Below, one piece after another: positions 1 to 10,758 of a DNA stretch of 64,000 bases (within the stretch, counting starts at the first letter, position 1; each line of letters opens with the position of its first letter). Location: NCBI GenBank assembly GCA_963840885.1, contig CAWJAN010000006.1:116530-180529 (forward strand), read 5' to 3'. The notes under the pieces were generated by a model. That model was given only the letters and a program-made list of their open reading frames with translations, searched no databases and was not told the DNA's origin. The position numbers were made by a program, and so were the translations under genes. Source of the stretch: an uncultured bacterium. GTDB lineage: Bacteria; Patescibacteriota; Minisyncoccia; Phycocordibacterales; GWA1-40-21.

Positions 1-99
1 GTTATATCCTATTTTACCAATAATCCATGGGACAAAATCGACTTTTTACATTATAATAATCAGAAATAATCGGCTAGAGAAAGCCACATTTAATTTCCA

Positions 100-1296
100 A
101 TGGACGAAGAACAAAAAAATCCAAAAGACTTGAGCCAAGAGATAAAAAGCGACATAGACAAGGAGCTTGCTTCGTATATGCAAAATCTGAAGGCAAAAAG
201 CGCTTCGGAAAATCCTTCTACAGCAGCCAATGAAAAGACTCCTGCATCTTTCAATATCAAGGAAGATACTCCCTCTGCCTCGGCGATAGCAGACTCTTCA
301 TCGGTAGAAAACCTGATTAAAAATGTGGCCGCAAACGAACCGGAAGAAAAACCGGCGCAAGAAACCCCTGCAGAACCGGAAAAATTTCAAATACCTGAGG
401 AGCCGTCGAGAAAACCGATAGTCCGAACATATAAAAGTGATGTGGAAGAAACCATACAGCAAGGTCATGTATCATCCATCAACATGGCTTTGGCCCAGCA
501 AAATAGGATGAGAAACAAAACCGGAGAGCCTTTAAGCCTGGAAGAAAAAAAATCTTCAGGAATAAACAAGAGTATAATAATACTCAGCATCGTATTGGTC
601 TTGGGCGGAGGCATGGCAATAATTATTCCTTACTTTTTGGTGCAAAAGCAGGCTGCTCCGGCTCCAGTAGTGCAGACAGTCCCGTCAGGAGCTTTCATGG
701 CAGCAGATGTGGAGGAAAAAATAAATCTTAGCGATATAAACCTGAACATATTCCCGACTATACTCAGGCAAAGAGTCGACCAATCATCGATTAAAATTGG
801 ACAAATAAAAAATATCTATTTCACCGAAGGACAAGGGGCGAGCGAGGCGGTGATAACATCGAGCAGATTTTTGAACCTGCTCGGAGCCAATGTTCCTCCA
901 GAAATATCCAGGACTCTTCTTCCGGAATATATGTTCGGAATGTTTTCATACAATGGCAACCAAAGATTCCTGATACTCCGAGTCGGTTCATACGATACCA
1001 CTTTCGCCGGAATGCTTTCCTGGGAAGTCAATCTGTGGGGTGATTTCAAGGAAGCCTTTGCCTTGCCAAACGACACTGTCTCAAGCTCATCTACGCTTGG
1101 CACTAATTTCGAAGTCAAACAATTCGAGGATGCCACCTACAGCAATAAGGACGCGCGCGTGGTGAAAGATTCTTCCGGAAATGTCGTCTTCCTTTATTCC
1201 ATAATAGACAATAATACGGTCGTCATAACAACGAGCGTAGATGCACTGAATGAAATAATCGCAAGGATGGGAAGCGGAAAAGCCCTTACGCAATAA
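100..1296 (+). CDS. Hypothetical single-pass membrane protein (acidic/Pro-rich N-terminus, one TM, C-terminal extracytoplasmic domain)
   Basis: 398-aa ORF; TM SIIILSIVLVLGGGMAIIIPYFLV. Confidence 0.7.
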   Translation: MDEEQKNPKDLSQEIKSDIDKELASYMQNLKAKSASENPSTAANEKTPASFNIKEDTPSASAIADSSSVENLIKNVAANEPEEKPAQETPAEPEKFQIPEEPSRKPIVRTYKSDVEETIQQGHVSSINMALAQQNRMRNKTGEPLSLEEKKSSGINKSIIILSIVLVLGGGMAIIIPYFLVQKQAAPAPVVQTVPSGAFMAADVEEKINLSDINLNIFPTILRQRVDQSSIKIGQIKNIYFTEGQGASEAVITSSRFLNLLGANVPPEISRTLLPEYMFGMFSYNGNQRFLILRVGSYDTTFAGMLSWEVNLWGDFKEAFALPNDTVSSSSTLGTNFEVKQFEDATYSNKDARVVKDSSGNVVFLYSIIDNNTVVITTSVDALNEIIARMGSGKALTQ

Positions 1297-1339
1297 AGCA
1301 ATTGCGCCAAAAATATTATCTGGTAATATTGAGACCAAT

Positions 1340-1702
1340 ATGAATACAAGCGAATTTAAAAAGAAGCTCGAAAAAGAGCTTGCTCTGGTGGAAAAAGAAC
1401 TCTCGGAAGTGGCCAGGAAAAATCCCGACAATAATAACGATTGGGAACCTATAGAAACCGAGCTCGACGACGATCACGCGGATGATAACGATGTCGCGGA
1501 CGGCCTCGAAAACTTTGATGAAAACATAAGCTTAACAAACCAGCTTGAGACAAGATACGACGATATAAAGAATGCCCTTGAGAAGATAAAGGAAGGAACT
1601 TACGGAAAATGCGAAGTCGGCAGAGAAGAAATACCGCTTGAAAGACTGGAAGCCAACCCTTCGGCAAGGACCTGCGTAAAACATTTCAAAAAGAACGGAT
1701 AA
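1340..1702 (+). CDS. DksA/TraR family transcription factor
   Basis: Coiled coil with DxxDxA tip (DDNDVAD); C-terminal GTYGKCEVG...IPLERLEANPSARTCVKH. Confidence 0.85.
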   Translation: MNTSEFKKKLEKELALVEKELSEVARKNPDNNNDWEPIETELDDDHADDNDVADGLENFDENISLTNQLETRYDDIKNALEKIKEGTYGKCEVGREEIPLERLEANPSARTCVKHFKKNG

Positions 1703-1741
1703 AAAATAAAAACTGCGGAAAAAATCCGCAGTTTTTATTTT
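1703..1741 (+). terminator. Intrinsic terminator
   Basis: aaaataaaaactgcgga-loop-tccgcagtttttatttt inverted repeat after the stop codon. Confidence 0.75.
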
Positions 1742-1775
1742 GTTTTGAAAACAATACTGATATAATGACATCGGA

Positions 1776-3353
1776 ATGTCATTTGCAAAAACTTATTCAG
1801 CGCAAACCGTCGGGCTTGGCGCAAAAATAATAGACGTGGAAGTCGATCTGTCCAAGGGTCTTCATTCTTTTACGATAGTCGGCCTTCCTGATAAAGCCGT
1901 GGAAGAATCCAAAGACAGGGTATCGGCTTCCATAAAAAATTCCGGCTTCACTTCTCCAAAAAGCCAGAATAAAAAAGTTGTAGTTTCGCTTGCGCCTGCC
2001 GATATCAAGAAAGAAGGCCCTGCTTTTGACCTATCAATAGCCTTATCGTATCTTCTGGCAAACGATGAAATAAAATTCGACCCGAAAAATAAGCTTTTTA
2101 TGGGAGAACTTTCCCTTGATGGCGACCTTAGAAAAACAAAGGGTATTCTGGCAATAGTTGCGGAAGCGAAAAACTGCGGCTTTACGGAAATATTTCTGCC
2201 AAAAGAAAATGCAAAAGAAGCGGCACTTATTTCAGGGATAAAAATTTACGGCGCAAAAAGCCTTAAAGAAATAATCGAACACATAAATGAGTCCGAGGAA
2301 GAAAAGAGTTTAAAATCAGGCAAAACGGTAAAAAATAATCTGAAAAAGATAGGAGCTGAGCCGCATACCGAAATATTAATTGAAGAAGACGAGCCTTTGG
2401 TGGATTTTTCGGAAATAAAAGGACAAGAGATGGCGAAAAGGGGGCTTGAAATAGCTGCTGCGGGCGGACACAACATAGCAATGTACGGGCCTCCAGGAAC
2501 CGGAAAAACGATGCTTGCAAAAGCATTCGCCCATATACTTCCTCCGCTTTCTTACGATGAAATTCTGGAAATAACTTCAATACACTCCATTGCCGGAACT
2601 TTGAAAACCGATGTCATATTGAAACCGCCTGTAAGAAATCCTCATCATACGGCATCTTATGTTTCTATTGTAGGCGGCGGAATAATTCCAAAACCCGGCG
2701 AAGTGACGCTCGCGCACAGAGGAGTTCTTTTTCTTGACGAATTTCCAGAATTCGACAGAAAAGTGATTGAGACCTTGCGCGAACCTCTTGAAGAAGGCGA
2801 GATAAGTATATCGCGTGCCCGCGGAACGCATACTTTTCCCGCGAATTTTATCCTAATTGCCGCAATGAATCCATGTCCCTGCGGAAATTTCGGTTCACGA
2901 ACAAAAACCTGCATCTGCAAGCCTATGGACCTTCAAAGATATGAAAGAAAAATATCCGGACCGATAATAGACAGGGTGGATATGTGGGTTGAAGTTTCAA
3001 AAGTGGATTATGAAAAACTTTCTGATTCAACTGCCGATAGGAAAGAGACGGCAGATATTAAAAATCGCGTCATAAAATCCAGGAATATACAAAAAGAAAG
3101 ATTTGAAAAGGCAAAAAGAAAGATTAAAACCAATAGCGAGATGGAAGCCAAGGATATAGGAAAAATTGCCGGATTGTCCGATGAAGCAAAAAATATCTTG
3201 AATGCTTCGGCGAAAAAACTGGATATTTCAGCGCGTGCATATCACAGGATTATAAAACTAGCGAGAACTATCGCCGATCTTGAAAGCGATAGTCTCATAA
3301 AACCGGAGTATATTCTCGAGGCTCTGCAGTACAGGCCGAAAAGAAATTCATAA
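1776..3353 (+). CDS. comM: YifB/ComM family Mg-chelatase-like AAA+ ATPase
   Basis: IVGLPDKAVEES, Walker A GPPGTGKT, LAHRGVLFLDEFPEF, AAMNPCPCG. Confidence 0.9.
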   Translation: MSFAKTYSAQTVGLGAKIIDVEVDLSKGLHSFTIVGLPDKAVEESKDRVSASIKNSGFTSPKSQNKKVVVSLAPADIKKEGPAFDLSIALSYLLANDEIKFDPKNKLFMGELSLDGDLRKTKGILAIVAEAKNCGFTEIFLPKENAKEAALISGIKIYGAKSLKEIIEHINESEEEKSLKSGKTVKNNLKKIGAEPHTEILIEEDEPLVDFSEIKGQEMAKRGLEIAAAGGHNIAMYGPPGTGKTMLAKAFAHILPPLSYDEILEITSIHSIAGTLKTDVILKPPVRNPHHTASYVSIVGGGIIPKPGEVTLAHRGVLFLDEFPEFDRKVIETLREPLEEGEISISRARGTHTFPANFILIAAMNPCPCGNFGSRTKTCICKPMDLQRYERKISGPIIDRVDMWVEVSKVDYEKLSDSTADRKETADIKNRVIKSRNIQKERFEKAKRKIKTNSEMEAKDIGKIAGLSDEAKNILNASAKKLDISARAYHRIIKLARTIADLESDSLIKPEYILEALQYRPKRNS

Positions 3354-3354
3354 A

Positions 3355-3387
3355 TTAAAAGGCGCCCGCTTCGCGGGCGCCTTTTAA
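3355..3387. terminator. Bidirectional terminator between convergent genes
   Basis: ttaaaaggcgcccgc-ttc-gcgggcgccttttaa. Confidence 0.85.
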
Positions 3388-3396
3388 TATTTAAAT

Positions 3397-4581
3397 TTAA
3401 TTTGCAAGAGGATTATGCGCTCCTCGGACCTCGAAGTGAAGATGAGGGCCTGTGGAATATCCTGTATTTCCGGAAAGTCCGATGACTTGTCCTTGGACTA
3501 CGCTCTGTCCGCTTGAAACAAGAACCTGGCTCAAGTGTCCGTAAACAGTTTCTGTGCCGTTCGGATGTGAGATAACTATATAATTTCCGTATCCTCCGTT
3601 CCAGCCTGATGACTTTGCAACTATTATTTCTCCTGATGCGGCAGCCATGACTCTCGTTCCGACAGGAGTTCCTATATCGATAGCATTCCAGCCATGAAGG
3701 CCTTGTGTTCTTACTCCGCCGACGAGAGGGCGTATATAATAACTGTCTTCATTCGGGCCGCTTCCGCCAAGATACGGTTCAGATATGGAATTCGATCCGG
3801 ACTTCGATGCCATGGCGAGCGTTGCGCTTATATTCGAACCGCCTTCCCCATCAGGAATTATTATCTGTCCTCCGACTGTAAGTTTTGCATCGAGGCTGAG
3901 TCCGTTGAATACAGCTACTTCGCCAGCATCCGCTTTATATTTTTTGGCAATACTCGTTATGGTATCTCCGCTTACAATCGTATGAATTGTTCCGGAAACA
4001 GGCAAAATGATAAGCGCTTGTCCTGGCTGTACTACGCTGCTGTTTAGATTGTTAGCCCAAAGGATTGTATTTTGAGAAACTCCGAACATTTTGGCTATTC
4101 CCGATATTGTGTCTCCCGACCTGACTATGTATTTGCTTATCTGTCCCGTATTTCCTGCACTCGGTATATCCGCAAGAGTTCCGGATGGCCCGTTTTCTGA
4201 AACAAGAGCTTCATCGCTATTGTCAAAGACAAGATCATCTCCTCCGACAGCGGCAAGAGTGTCAAAGTTCGTTGTATTTTGTAAAAGAGGGATATCATTC
4301 GGATCTGAAGCCGCCTGATCTCCTGAAGCTATCACTACTTGCGAAGAATTGCCAAAAATCATATCTGAAATCGAAGAAAAGATGCCGGCATTCGCGGTAA
4401 ATGGCGGAAAGCTTGAAAAAATAAATGTAATAGCGACAAGCCAACTCAAATATTGAGCTTTGGATGCATCTTTTATATTGCGAACCCAGGATTTCAATAC
4501 GAAAGCTCGAGGATTCGATGAGTTTTTATTGTCTAAAATATGCCTATTTATTAAGGGATTGTCTGATATTCGGTCTGTCAA
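3397..4581 (-). CDS. LysM-repeat M23 peptidoglycan endopeptidase (start uncertain)
   Basis: Two LysM repeats (YIVRSGDTISGIAK, HTIVSGDTITSIAK); M23 motifs HGWNAID, YGHL, TGPHLHFEV. Confidence 0.9.
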   Translation of the reverse strand: MTDRISDNPLINRHILDNKNSSNPRAFVLKSWVRNIKDASKAQYLSWLVAITFIFSSFPPFTANAGIFSSISDMIFGNSSQVVIASGDQAASDPNDIPLLQNTTNFDTLAAVGGDDLVFDNSDEALVSENGPSGTLADIPSAGNTGQISKYIVRSGDTISGIAKMFGVSQNTILWANNLNSSVVQPGQALIILPVSGTIHTIVSGDTITSIAKKYKADAGEVAVFNGLSLDAKLTVGGQIIIPDGEGGSNISATLAMASKSGSNSISEPYLGGSGPNEDSYYIRPLVGGVRTQGLHGWNAIDIGTPVGTRVMAAASGEIIVAKSSGWNGGYGNYIVISHPNGTETVYGHLSQVLVSSGQSVVQGQVIGLSGNTGYSTGPHLHFEVRGAHNPLAN

Positions 4582-4754
4582 ATGGCTATGTTAAGCCATT
4601 TTTTCGGTATATGCCTGACTTACTGGACGGAAATTAATTATACTACCATAGGCCTTAAGGTCAATGAGGTTATCAACATTTGCCGCCGGCAAAAAACACT
4701 AAAAATCTAAGCAAAATTTACGGTTTTTTCTTCTTTAATGCTATATTTACACGG

Positions 4755-6701
4755 ATGAAATACCTTGAAGGCCTTAATGAGAAGCAAAAAGAGGCGGTTT
4801 TGGCTAAAAACGGGCCGGTTTTGGTCATTGCTGGAGCCGGAGCCGGAAAAACCAAGACTATTGCCCATAGGATTCTCCATCTCATAAAGGAAGGAGTGGT
4901 GCCGGAAGAGATTTTAGCTATAACCTTTACAAATAAAGCCGCAAAAGAGATGCGGGAAAGGGTGGAAAAGACGATTTCCGAAGATAAAGAAATGAATCTG
5001 CCTATAACTTTCGCCCAAAAGCCATTTGTGAGCACTTTTCATTCTCTAGGAGTCCATATCATAAAGGAAAATGCCGGGCTTGTCGGACTAACGCGCCATT
5101 TCAACATATTCGACAGGAATGATTCATTGAAAGCGCTAAAAGATATCCTTAAAAGCCTGGATATAGACCCGAAACAATTCGAACCAGGAAAGATTTTGAA
5201 TATAATCTCAAGAGAAAAGAATAATCTGATTCCGGCACAAGATTATGGCTCTGAAAAGATTTCAGCCGGCTATACCGTTGCCGGAGTCGTGGCGAAAGTC
5301 TGGCCTCTGTACGAAAAAAAGCTGAAGGAAGAAAAATCTTTGGATTTCGATGATTTGCTTTTGAAAACTTATGAGATCCTGCGCGACCACAAAGAAATCC
5401 TTGAAAGATACCAGGAAAAATGGAAATACATCCATGTGGACGAATATCAGGATACGAACAAAGTCCAGTATGAAACTACGAGGCTTCTTGCAAAAAAATA
5501 CAAGAATATTTTTGTTGTCGGCGATGCAGACCAGTCTATTTACAGCTGGCGCGGAGCGAATATAGAAAATATTCTGAAATTCGAAGAAAATTATCCGGAT
5601 GCAAAAGTAATACTCTTGGAACAGAATTACCGCTCGACACAGACAGTGCTCGCGCTTGCAAACGAAGTCATAAAGAAAAACAAGCTTAGAAAAGAAAAAA
5701 ATCTTTTCACGAAAAATGAGGAAGGGGAAAGGGCTTCGTATTTCAGAGCGCTCAATGAAACCGAGGAAGCAAGGTTCATTGCCAGAAAAGCCGGCGAGCT
5801 TATCGGAAACGGAACGAATGCCAGAGAAATTGCGGTGCTTTACCGCGCAAATTTCCAATCACGCGCTCTTGAAGAGGCGATGATAGCGGAAAATATTCCG
5901 TATCAGGTGCTCGGCACTAAATTTTTCGAAAGAAAAGAAGTCAAGGATGTGCTTTCCTATCTGCGGGCAAGCCTGAACAAAGACAGCCTCACAGACATAA
6001 AAAGAATAATAAATGTTCCGGCGCGCGGAATCGGAAAAGTGACTGTTCTGAAAATTTTTGCCGGTGAAAAAGAAAAGCTTCCGCCAAAAATAAAAGAAAG
6101 TGCGGATAATTTTTTCGGACTTCTTTCAAAGATAAAAAATGAGGCTGAAAACAAAAAACCGTCGGAAGTTATAAAATTTATAATCCAGGAAACGAGCCTT
6201 GAAAAAGAGCTTAAAAACGGCACGGATGACGATCTAGAAAGGCTTGAAAATATGCGCGAACTGGCTACTCTCGCCAGGAAATTCGACCAACTTCCAAAGA
6301 CCGAAGGAATCGAAAAACTCCTTGAAGAATCAGCGCTTGCGACCGATCAGGACTCTTTGGAAAAAAATGAAAATGCCGTAAAGCTGATGACTGTCCATGC
6401 TTCCAAAGGCCTCGAATTCGATTATGTTTTCATCACCGGGCTTGAGGCAAATCTTTTTCCTCATCAAGGGCTTTCCGGCGAACAAAAAACTCCAGCTGAA
6501 ATGGAAGAGGAAAGGCGATTATTTTACGTAGCTCTTACAAGAGCGAGAAAGAAATTATTTCTTACGCATGCTGAAATGAGAACAATTTTCGGCTCGCTGC
6601 AAATTAATATTCCGTCAGAATTCTTTGCTGATTTTGACAATGATTTGCTTCAAGAAGAAAAATTCGAATACCGCGACAAGATAGTTTATCTTGATTGGTG
6701 A
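4755..6701 (+). CDS. pcrA: UvrD/PcrA DNA helicase
   Basis: AGAGAGKT, VDEYQDTN, LEQNYRS, MTVHASKGLEF, EERRLFYVALTRA; start moved to ATG 4755 (MKYLEGLN). Confidence 0.93.
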   Translation: MKYLEGLNEKQKEAVLAKNGPVLVIAGAGAGKTKTIAHRILHLIKEGVVPEEILAITFTNKAAKEMRERVEKTISEDKEMNLPITFAQKPFVSTFHSLGVHIIKENAGLVGLTRHFNIFDRNDSLKALKDILKSLDIDPKQFEPGKILNIISREKNNLIPAQDYGSEKISAGYTVAGVVAKVWPLYEKKLKEEKSLDFDDLLLKTYEILRDHKEILERYQEKWKYIHVDEYQDTNKVQYETTRLLAKKYKNIFVVGDADQSIYSWRGANIENILKFEENYPDAKVILLEQNYRSTQTVLALANEVIKKNKLRKEKNLFTKNEEGERASYFRALNETEEARFIARKAGELIGNGTNAREIAVLYRANFQSRALEEAMIAENIPYQVLGTKFFERKEVKDVLSYLRASLNKDSLTDIKRIINVPARGIGKVTVLKIFAGEKEKLPPKIKESADNFFGLLSKIKNEAENKKPSEVIKFIIQETSLEKELKNGTDDDLERLENMRELATLARKFDQLPKTEGIEKLLEESALATDQDSLEKNENAVKLMTVHASKGLEFDYVFITGLEANLFPHQGLSGEQKTPAEMEEERRLFYVALTRARKKLFLTHAEMRTIFGSLQINIPSEFFADFDNDLLQEEKFEYRDKIVYLDW

Positions 6702-6716
6702 TACAATTAAAAAATA

Positions 6717-7508
6717 ATGGAAAAAATAACCGCAAAAAAATCACTTGGACAGAATTTTCTCAGATCAAAAAAAGTTTTGTCGGAAATCGTAAATGCCGGA
6801 AAAATTTCTCCAAAAGATATCATACTTGAAATCGGCCCGGGCAAAGGCGCACTCACGGAAAGACTTCTTGAAACAGGGGTAAAAATAATCGCCGTGGAAA
6901 AAGATAGTAGGCTTATGGAATTTTTAAATGAAAAATTTGTAAATGAAATAAGATATGGAAGATTGGAGCTTGTTCACGAGGATATTTTGGAAACAAATTT
7001 AAATTCATTAAATTTGAAATCCGGAAATTTCAAATTGATCGCTAATATCCCTTATTACATAACCGGTCAGATTTTCAGGAAATTTTTGTCTGGAAATATC
7101 CAGCCGTCGAAAATAGTCATGCTCGTGCAAAAAGAAATCGCCGACAGGATTGTAGCTAGGGATGGAAAAGAAAGTCTGCTTTCTATTTCAGTAAAAATAT
7201 ATGGGGAACCGAAAAAAATAATGAAAGTGGATAAGGAAAATTTCTCCCCCGCTCCGAAAGTTGATTCCGCAATTTTGCTTGTGGATAATATTTCAAAAGA
7301 TTTTTTCAAAGAAATGGACGAAAATAAGTTTTTTGAATTGCTTAAGACAGGATTCGCGCATAAAAGAAAAATCCTGTCAGCAAATCTTAAAAATTTCAAC
7401 GGAAAAAACGTTAAGGATATATTTTTTGAGCTGAAAATACCGGAAAAAGCCCGCGCGGAAGACTTAAAACCGGAAGACTGGGAAAAATTGGCGGAAAAAT
7501 TGGCTTAA
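6717..7508 (+). CDS. rsmA: 16S rRNA dimethyladenosine transferase
   Basis: AKKSLGQNFL, LEIGPGKGALT, ANIPYYIT, PAPKVDS. Confidence 0.95.
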   Translation: MEKITAKKSLGQNFLRSKKVLSEIVNAGKISPKDIILEIGPGKGALTERLLETGVKIIAVEKDSRLMEFLNEKFVNEIRYGRLELVHEDILETNLNSLNLKSGNFKLIANIPYYITGQIFRKFLSGNIQPSKIVMLVQKEIADRIVARDGKESLLSISVKIYGEPKKIMKVDKENFSPAPKVDSAILLVDNISKDFFKEMDENKFFELLKTGFAHKRKILSANLKNFNGKNVKDIFFELKIPEKARAEDLKPEDWEKLAEKLA

Positions 7509-7588
7509 CCGGATAAAAAGGCTGGTTTTGCTGCACAAAATCCGTTTTTTATCTTTTAAAAGCCATTTTTGAATGTTATAATTATTGT

Positions 7589-8389
7589 GTGAATTACAGG
7601 AAATACTTGCCTTCAAAAAGATTTCTGACATCTTTTGCTATTGCAATAATGTTTGTTCTTATTGCCGTGGCGTTTACCTACAAAAATCCTACACCAAAAG
7701 GTGGGCTCGTCGTGGAGAATTCTTCCGCAAGCACAAGCTCTCTTTTGGATCAATTGTCTCCTGAAGAACAGCAGGTTGCTGAACAATATGAAAGCCTTAA
7801 TCCTACTGACAAGATGGCTAGGGACCTTATGTCAAACATAATAGCCACCCAGCCTGCAAACGGCAGCATGGACCAGGAAACTATTGATAATCTTGTTAAT
7901 GGGGCAGTGGGAGATATTCCACAGAAAAATTTCTCTACGAGCACGGATATATCCGATCTTAATCTTATACCTATAAATCCTGATACTTTCGGAAAAGACA
8001 TAACTGCATATGCAAACATATACTATGCCCAGACTGAAAAGCTCAGAAAAATCATGGGCCAGGACTTAAATCTGATAAACGACTATATCAATACGCAAAG
8101 CGATAAGGATAAGACCGATTTGGCTTCCATAGTGGTCTCATACAAAGATATAATAAGTAATCTTGTGCAAGTGCCTATACCTGCGACTGCCGATTCGCAA
8201 GGTGTCATAGATCATCTGAAGATAATAAACGACCTGGAGATATTGATTGATATAGATAATGATATAATAAATGCAAAATACGACAGCGTAGATGTAATAT
8301 CGGACTTGGCGCTTTACAGCCAGACATCGAATGACCTTTTAGATACCCTCGGCAATATAGACACTGTTCTGAAAATACAAAGAAACTAA
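7589..8389 (+). CDS. Hypothetical membrane-anchored helical protein at the start of the T4SS-like cluster
   Basis: GTG start, N-terminal TM, co-oriented with the cluster. Confidence 0.6.
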   Translation: MNYRKYLPSKRFLTSFAIAIMFVLIAVAFTYKNPTPKGGLVVENSSASTSSLLDQLSPEEQQVAEQYESLNPTDKMARDLMSNIIATQPANGSMDQETIDNLVNGAVGDIPQKNFSTSTDISDLNLIPINPDTFGKDITAYANIYYAQTEKLRKIMGQDLNLINDYINTQSDKDKTDLASIVVSYKDIISNLVQVPIPATADSQGVIDHLKIINDLEILIDIDNDIINAKYDSVDVISDLALYSQTSNDLLDTLGNIDTVLKIQRN

Positions 8390-8396
8390 GACAAAT

Positions 8397-10733
8397 ATGA
8401 ATTTTACAGGATTAATAAATAAAAAAATACCGGTCTTGATTGCAGTTTCCCTCTTATCATTGAACTTTTTATTTTTGATATTGCCTTACAAATCAAATGC
8501 CCAGTTTGCGGTTAGCGTAATAGCAAATACTGATCCCGGCACAATAGGCTTCTATACTGCTTCTGCGGCATACTATAGCGGATCAACCGCAAACCAAACC
8601 GCACAGACAACTCATGATCTTGCTTGGACGGAAATAGCCAAGCCTGCTTTGGACAAGCTTCTCCAGCAGCTTGCAAAAACAGCGGCAAGAGAGCTCATAC
8701 AAAAAATAACTGATGCCACTGTCAATTGGATAAACAGCGGCTTCAATGGAAATCCGGCATTCATAGCCAATCCGGGAGATTTCTTGGCGCAAACCGCCGA
8801 CCAAGCCGTCGGCAGCTTCATACAGAATGATCCGAATCTCAGATTCCTGTGTTCGCCGTTCCAGATTCAAGTAAAATTAGCTTTGTACACAAATTATTCC
8901 ACCACGGCATTCAATCAGATAAACTGCACTGCTTCAGGCGCTCTGACCAATCTAGAAAACGGAACATTTTCATGGAATGACTGGCTTCAGGTTGCAAGCC
9001 AGCCGCAAAATACTCCGACTGGAGCATATCTATTGGCGCAAGGACAATTAGAAGCCCAAATCGCAAACAAACAAGGCGCTGTAAGCAATGATATCAATCT
9101 CGGCAGCGGGGCTATTTCATATAAAAGCTGCACCGATTCTGTCTATCAGCTGGATAGCAAAGGAAATATAACGAACAGCTCAAATCCTGTCACTTTCACA
9201 TATACAGGCTCTGATCTTTATCCGAATTCGGCAACTCAAAATTATCTAGCGCAAAATAAAAGTAAGATATTGACCGTAAAAACAAGCTGCACGGTAAAAA
9301 CGCCTGGAACGACGATAGCCACGATGCTCGGATTCAAAGCCACATCCGAACAGAGAACCGATGAAATCGGAGCGGCATTGTCTAACGGAATAGACGCTGT
9401 TCTTTCATCGCTCTCGAATCAGCTCATTAAATTGGCTTCCGACCAATTGACCAACGGCGTCTTGGCAAACAATAGCACCAATTCCTCAAATTATAATTCG
9501 AGCTTGAATAATCTGGCTTCTCAGGCACAAAACGATTACAACGGTTCTATAACAAACGCTAACAGCGCAGCAAGCAATGTGAGCAGCAATGCAGGAACAA
9601 ATTCATCTGGAATGAACCTTGATACGGGTGTTCTCGGTTCATATGACAATACGTTCGGCAGCGGCTTCAGCACAGGCTTTACTTCCGTGAGCGGAGGCAG
9701 CAGCTTGGGCGGAACGACAAACAATATAAACGACTGCCTCTCTTCGATAAAACAGCAATATATCACAAAAATAAATTCACTTGTAAGCGGAGAAAATTCA
9801 TACCAGACGGGAATCAGCGGTCTTTTGCAGACGCTCAGTGATTCTAAAGCGTCATTTGCAACGGCAAGGTCATGCAACCTTACCCAGAATGATTCCAATT
9901 CCATATTGAGAGCCCAGCTTATTTATCAAAACGCGATAGAAAATATAGACGGCATCACTGATTCAGGAAGAAGCATACCGAGCATAATATGGAATACTCC
10001 GTACCTGAATAATCTGATAATGAACTCAAATAACAATATAACCCTGCTGAATGCCGCTGAAGATGCGGTTAATGCGGCAACATCCACTGACGGTCTTACT
10101 GCAGCCGTAAATCCTATATTGCCTCCGGTGATATTCAACGACCCGAATACCCTGGGCACCACTACAAGCGGCCTTACAGCTGTGAATTCTTTGACAACCA
10201 ATAATACTGTTCTTAAAAACCAGCAAATACTCTCATCGACTCAAGGAGCTCCTGATACCGTCGCCAATACCATCGCAACGGCCGCCGGAAGCGCTGGCCT
10301 AGGACAGAACAGTTCTTTGACTCTTCCTTCAGGAATGTTACTGACAGTTCCTTGCGGATTCCTATGTTTAAGCGCGCCGACAAATCAGCCTGTAGTTAAT
10401 CCCGGATCATCTATTAGCCTCAACGACTTAATCGTAAAGCTTATTCAGCTGAAACTGCAGTTTCCCGGCGGAGCAACTGTTAATATTTCAGGTGGAATCA
10501 CAGCGCAAATTCCTACAAGCGTTCCCGCATGCTCCACGGTCACAACAAATTCCTCCAAGACATCGGGCGGTTCCGTATTCGGATTAGGCAATAAAACAAA
10601 TAATACTTCTGGCGGCGGTTCGGTGGGCGGATTCAATATGCCGACAGACAATTCCGATGGGTTAAAAAACTTCCTGTCTTCGCTGCAAAACATATATACG
10701 ACTGCAAGTTGTCCGATAAATCTGGGCTTATAG
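8397..10733 (+). CDS. Large secreted protein of the T4SS-like cluster
   Basis: Signal peptide (SNA|Q); helical N-half with TVNWINSGFNGNPAF; Ser/Asn/Thr/Gly-rich C-half with Cys pairs. Confidence 0.6.
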   Translation: MNFTGLINKKIPVLIAVSLLSLNFLFLILPYKSNAQFAVSVIANTDPGTIGFYTASAAYYSGSTANQTAQTTHDLAWTEIAKPALDKLLQQLAKTAARELIQKITDATVNWINSGFNGNPAFIANPGDFLAQTADQAVGSFIQNDPNLRFLCSPFQIQVKLALYTNYSTTAFNQINCTASGALTNLENGTFSWNDWLQVASQPQNTPTGAYLLAQGQLEAQIANKQGAVSNDINLGSGAISYKSCTDSVYQLDSKGNITNSSNPVTFTYTGSDLYPNSATQNYLAQNKSKILTVKTSCTVKTPGTTIATMLGFKATSEQRTDEIGAALSNGIDAVLSSLSNQLIKLASDQLTNGVLANNSTNSSNYNSSLNNLASQAQNDYNGSITNANSAASNVSSNAGTNSSGMNLDTGVLGSYDNTFGSGFSTGFTSVSGGSSLGGTTNNINDCLSSIKQQYITKINSLVSGENSYQTGISGLLQTLSDSKASFATARSCNLTQNDSNSILRAQLIYQNAIENIDGITDSGRSIPSIIWNTPYLNNLIMNSNNNITLLNAAEDAVNAATSTDGLTAAVNPILPPVIFNDPNTLGTTTSGLTAVNSLTTNNTVLKNQQILSSTQGAPDTVANTIATAAGSAGLGQNSSLTLPSGMLLTVPCGFLCLSAPTNQPVVNPGSSISLNDLIVKLIQLKLQFPGGATVNISGGITAQIPTSVPACSTVTTNSSKTSGGSVFGLGNKTNNTSGGGSVGGFNMPTDNSDGLKNFLSSLQNIYTTASCPINLGL

Positions 10734-10758
10734 CTTTGTGTTATAATTTTTACGAAAG

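Noticed and set aside
4680-4754. Upstream extensions of uvrD (also tyrS 27196, pilB paralog 33528, orphan 58278) given by the ORF track
   Set aside because: The extensions overlap promoter motifs or neighbouring genes; downstream ATGs match the family N-termini or the SD position.
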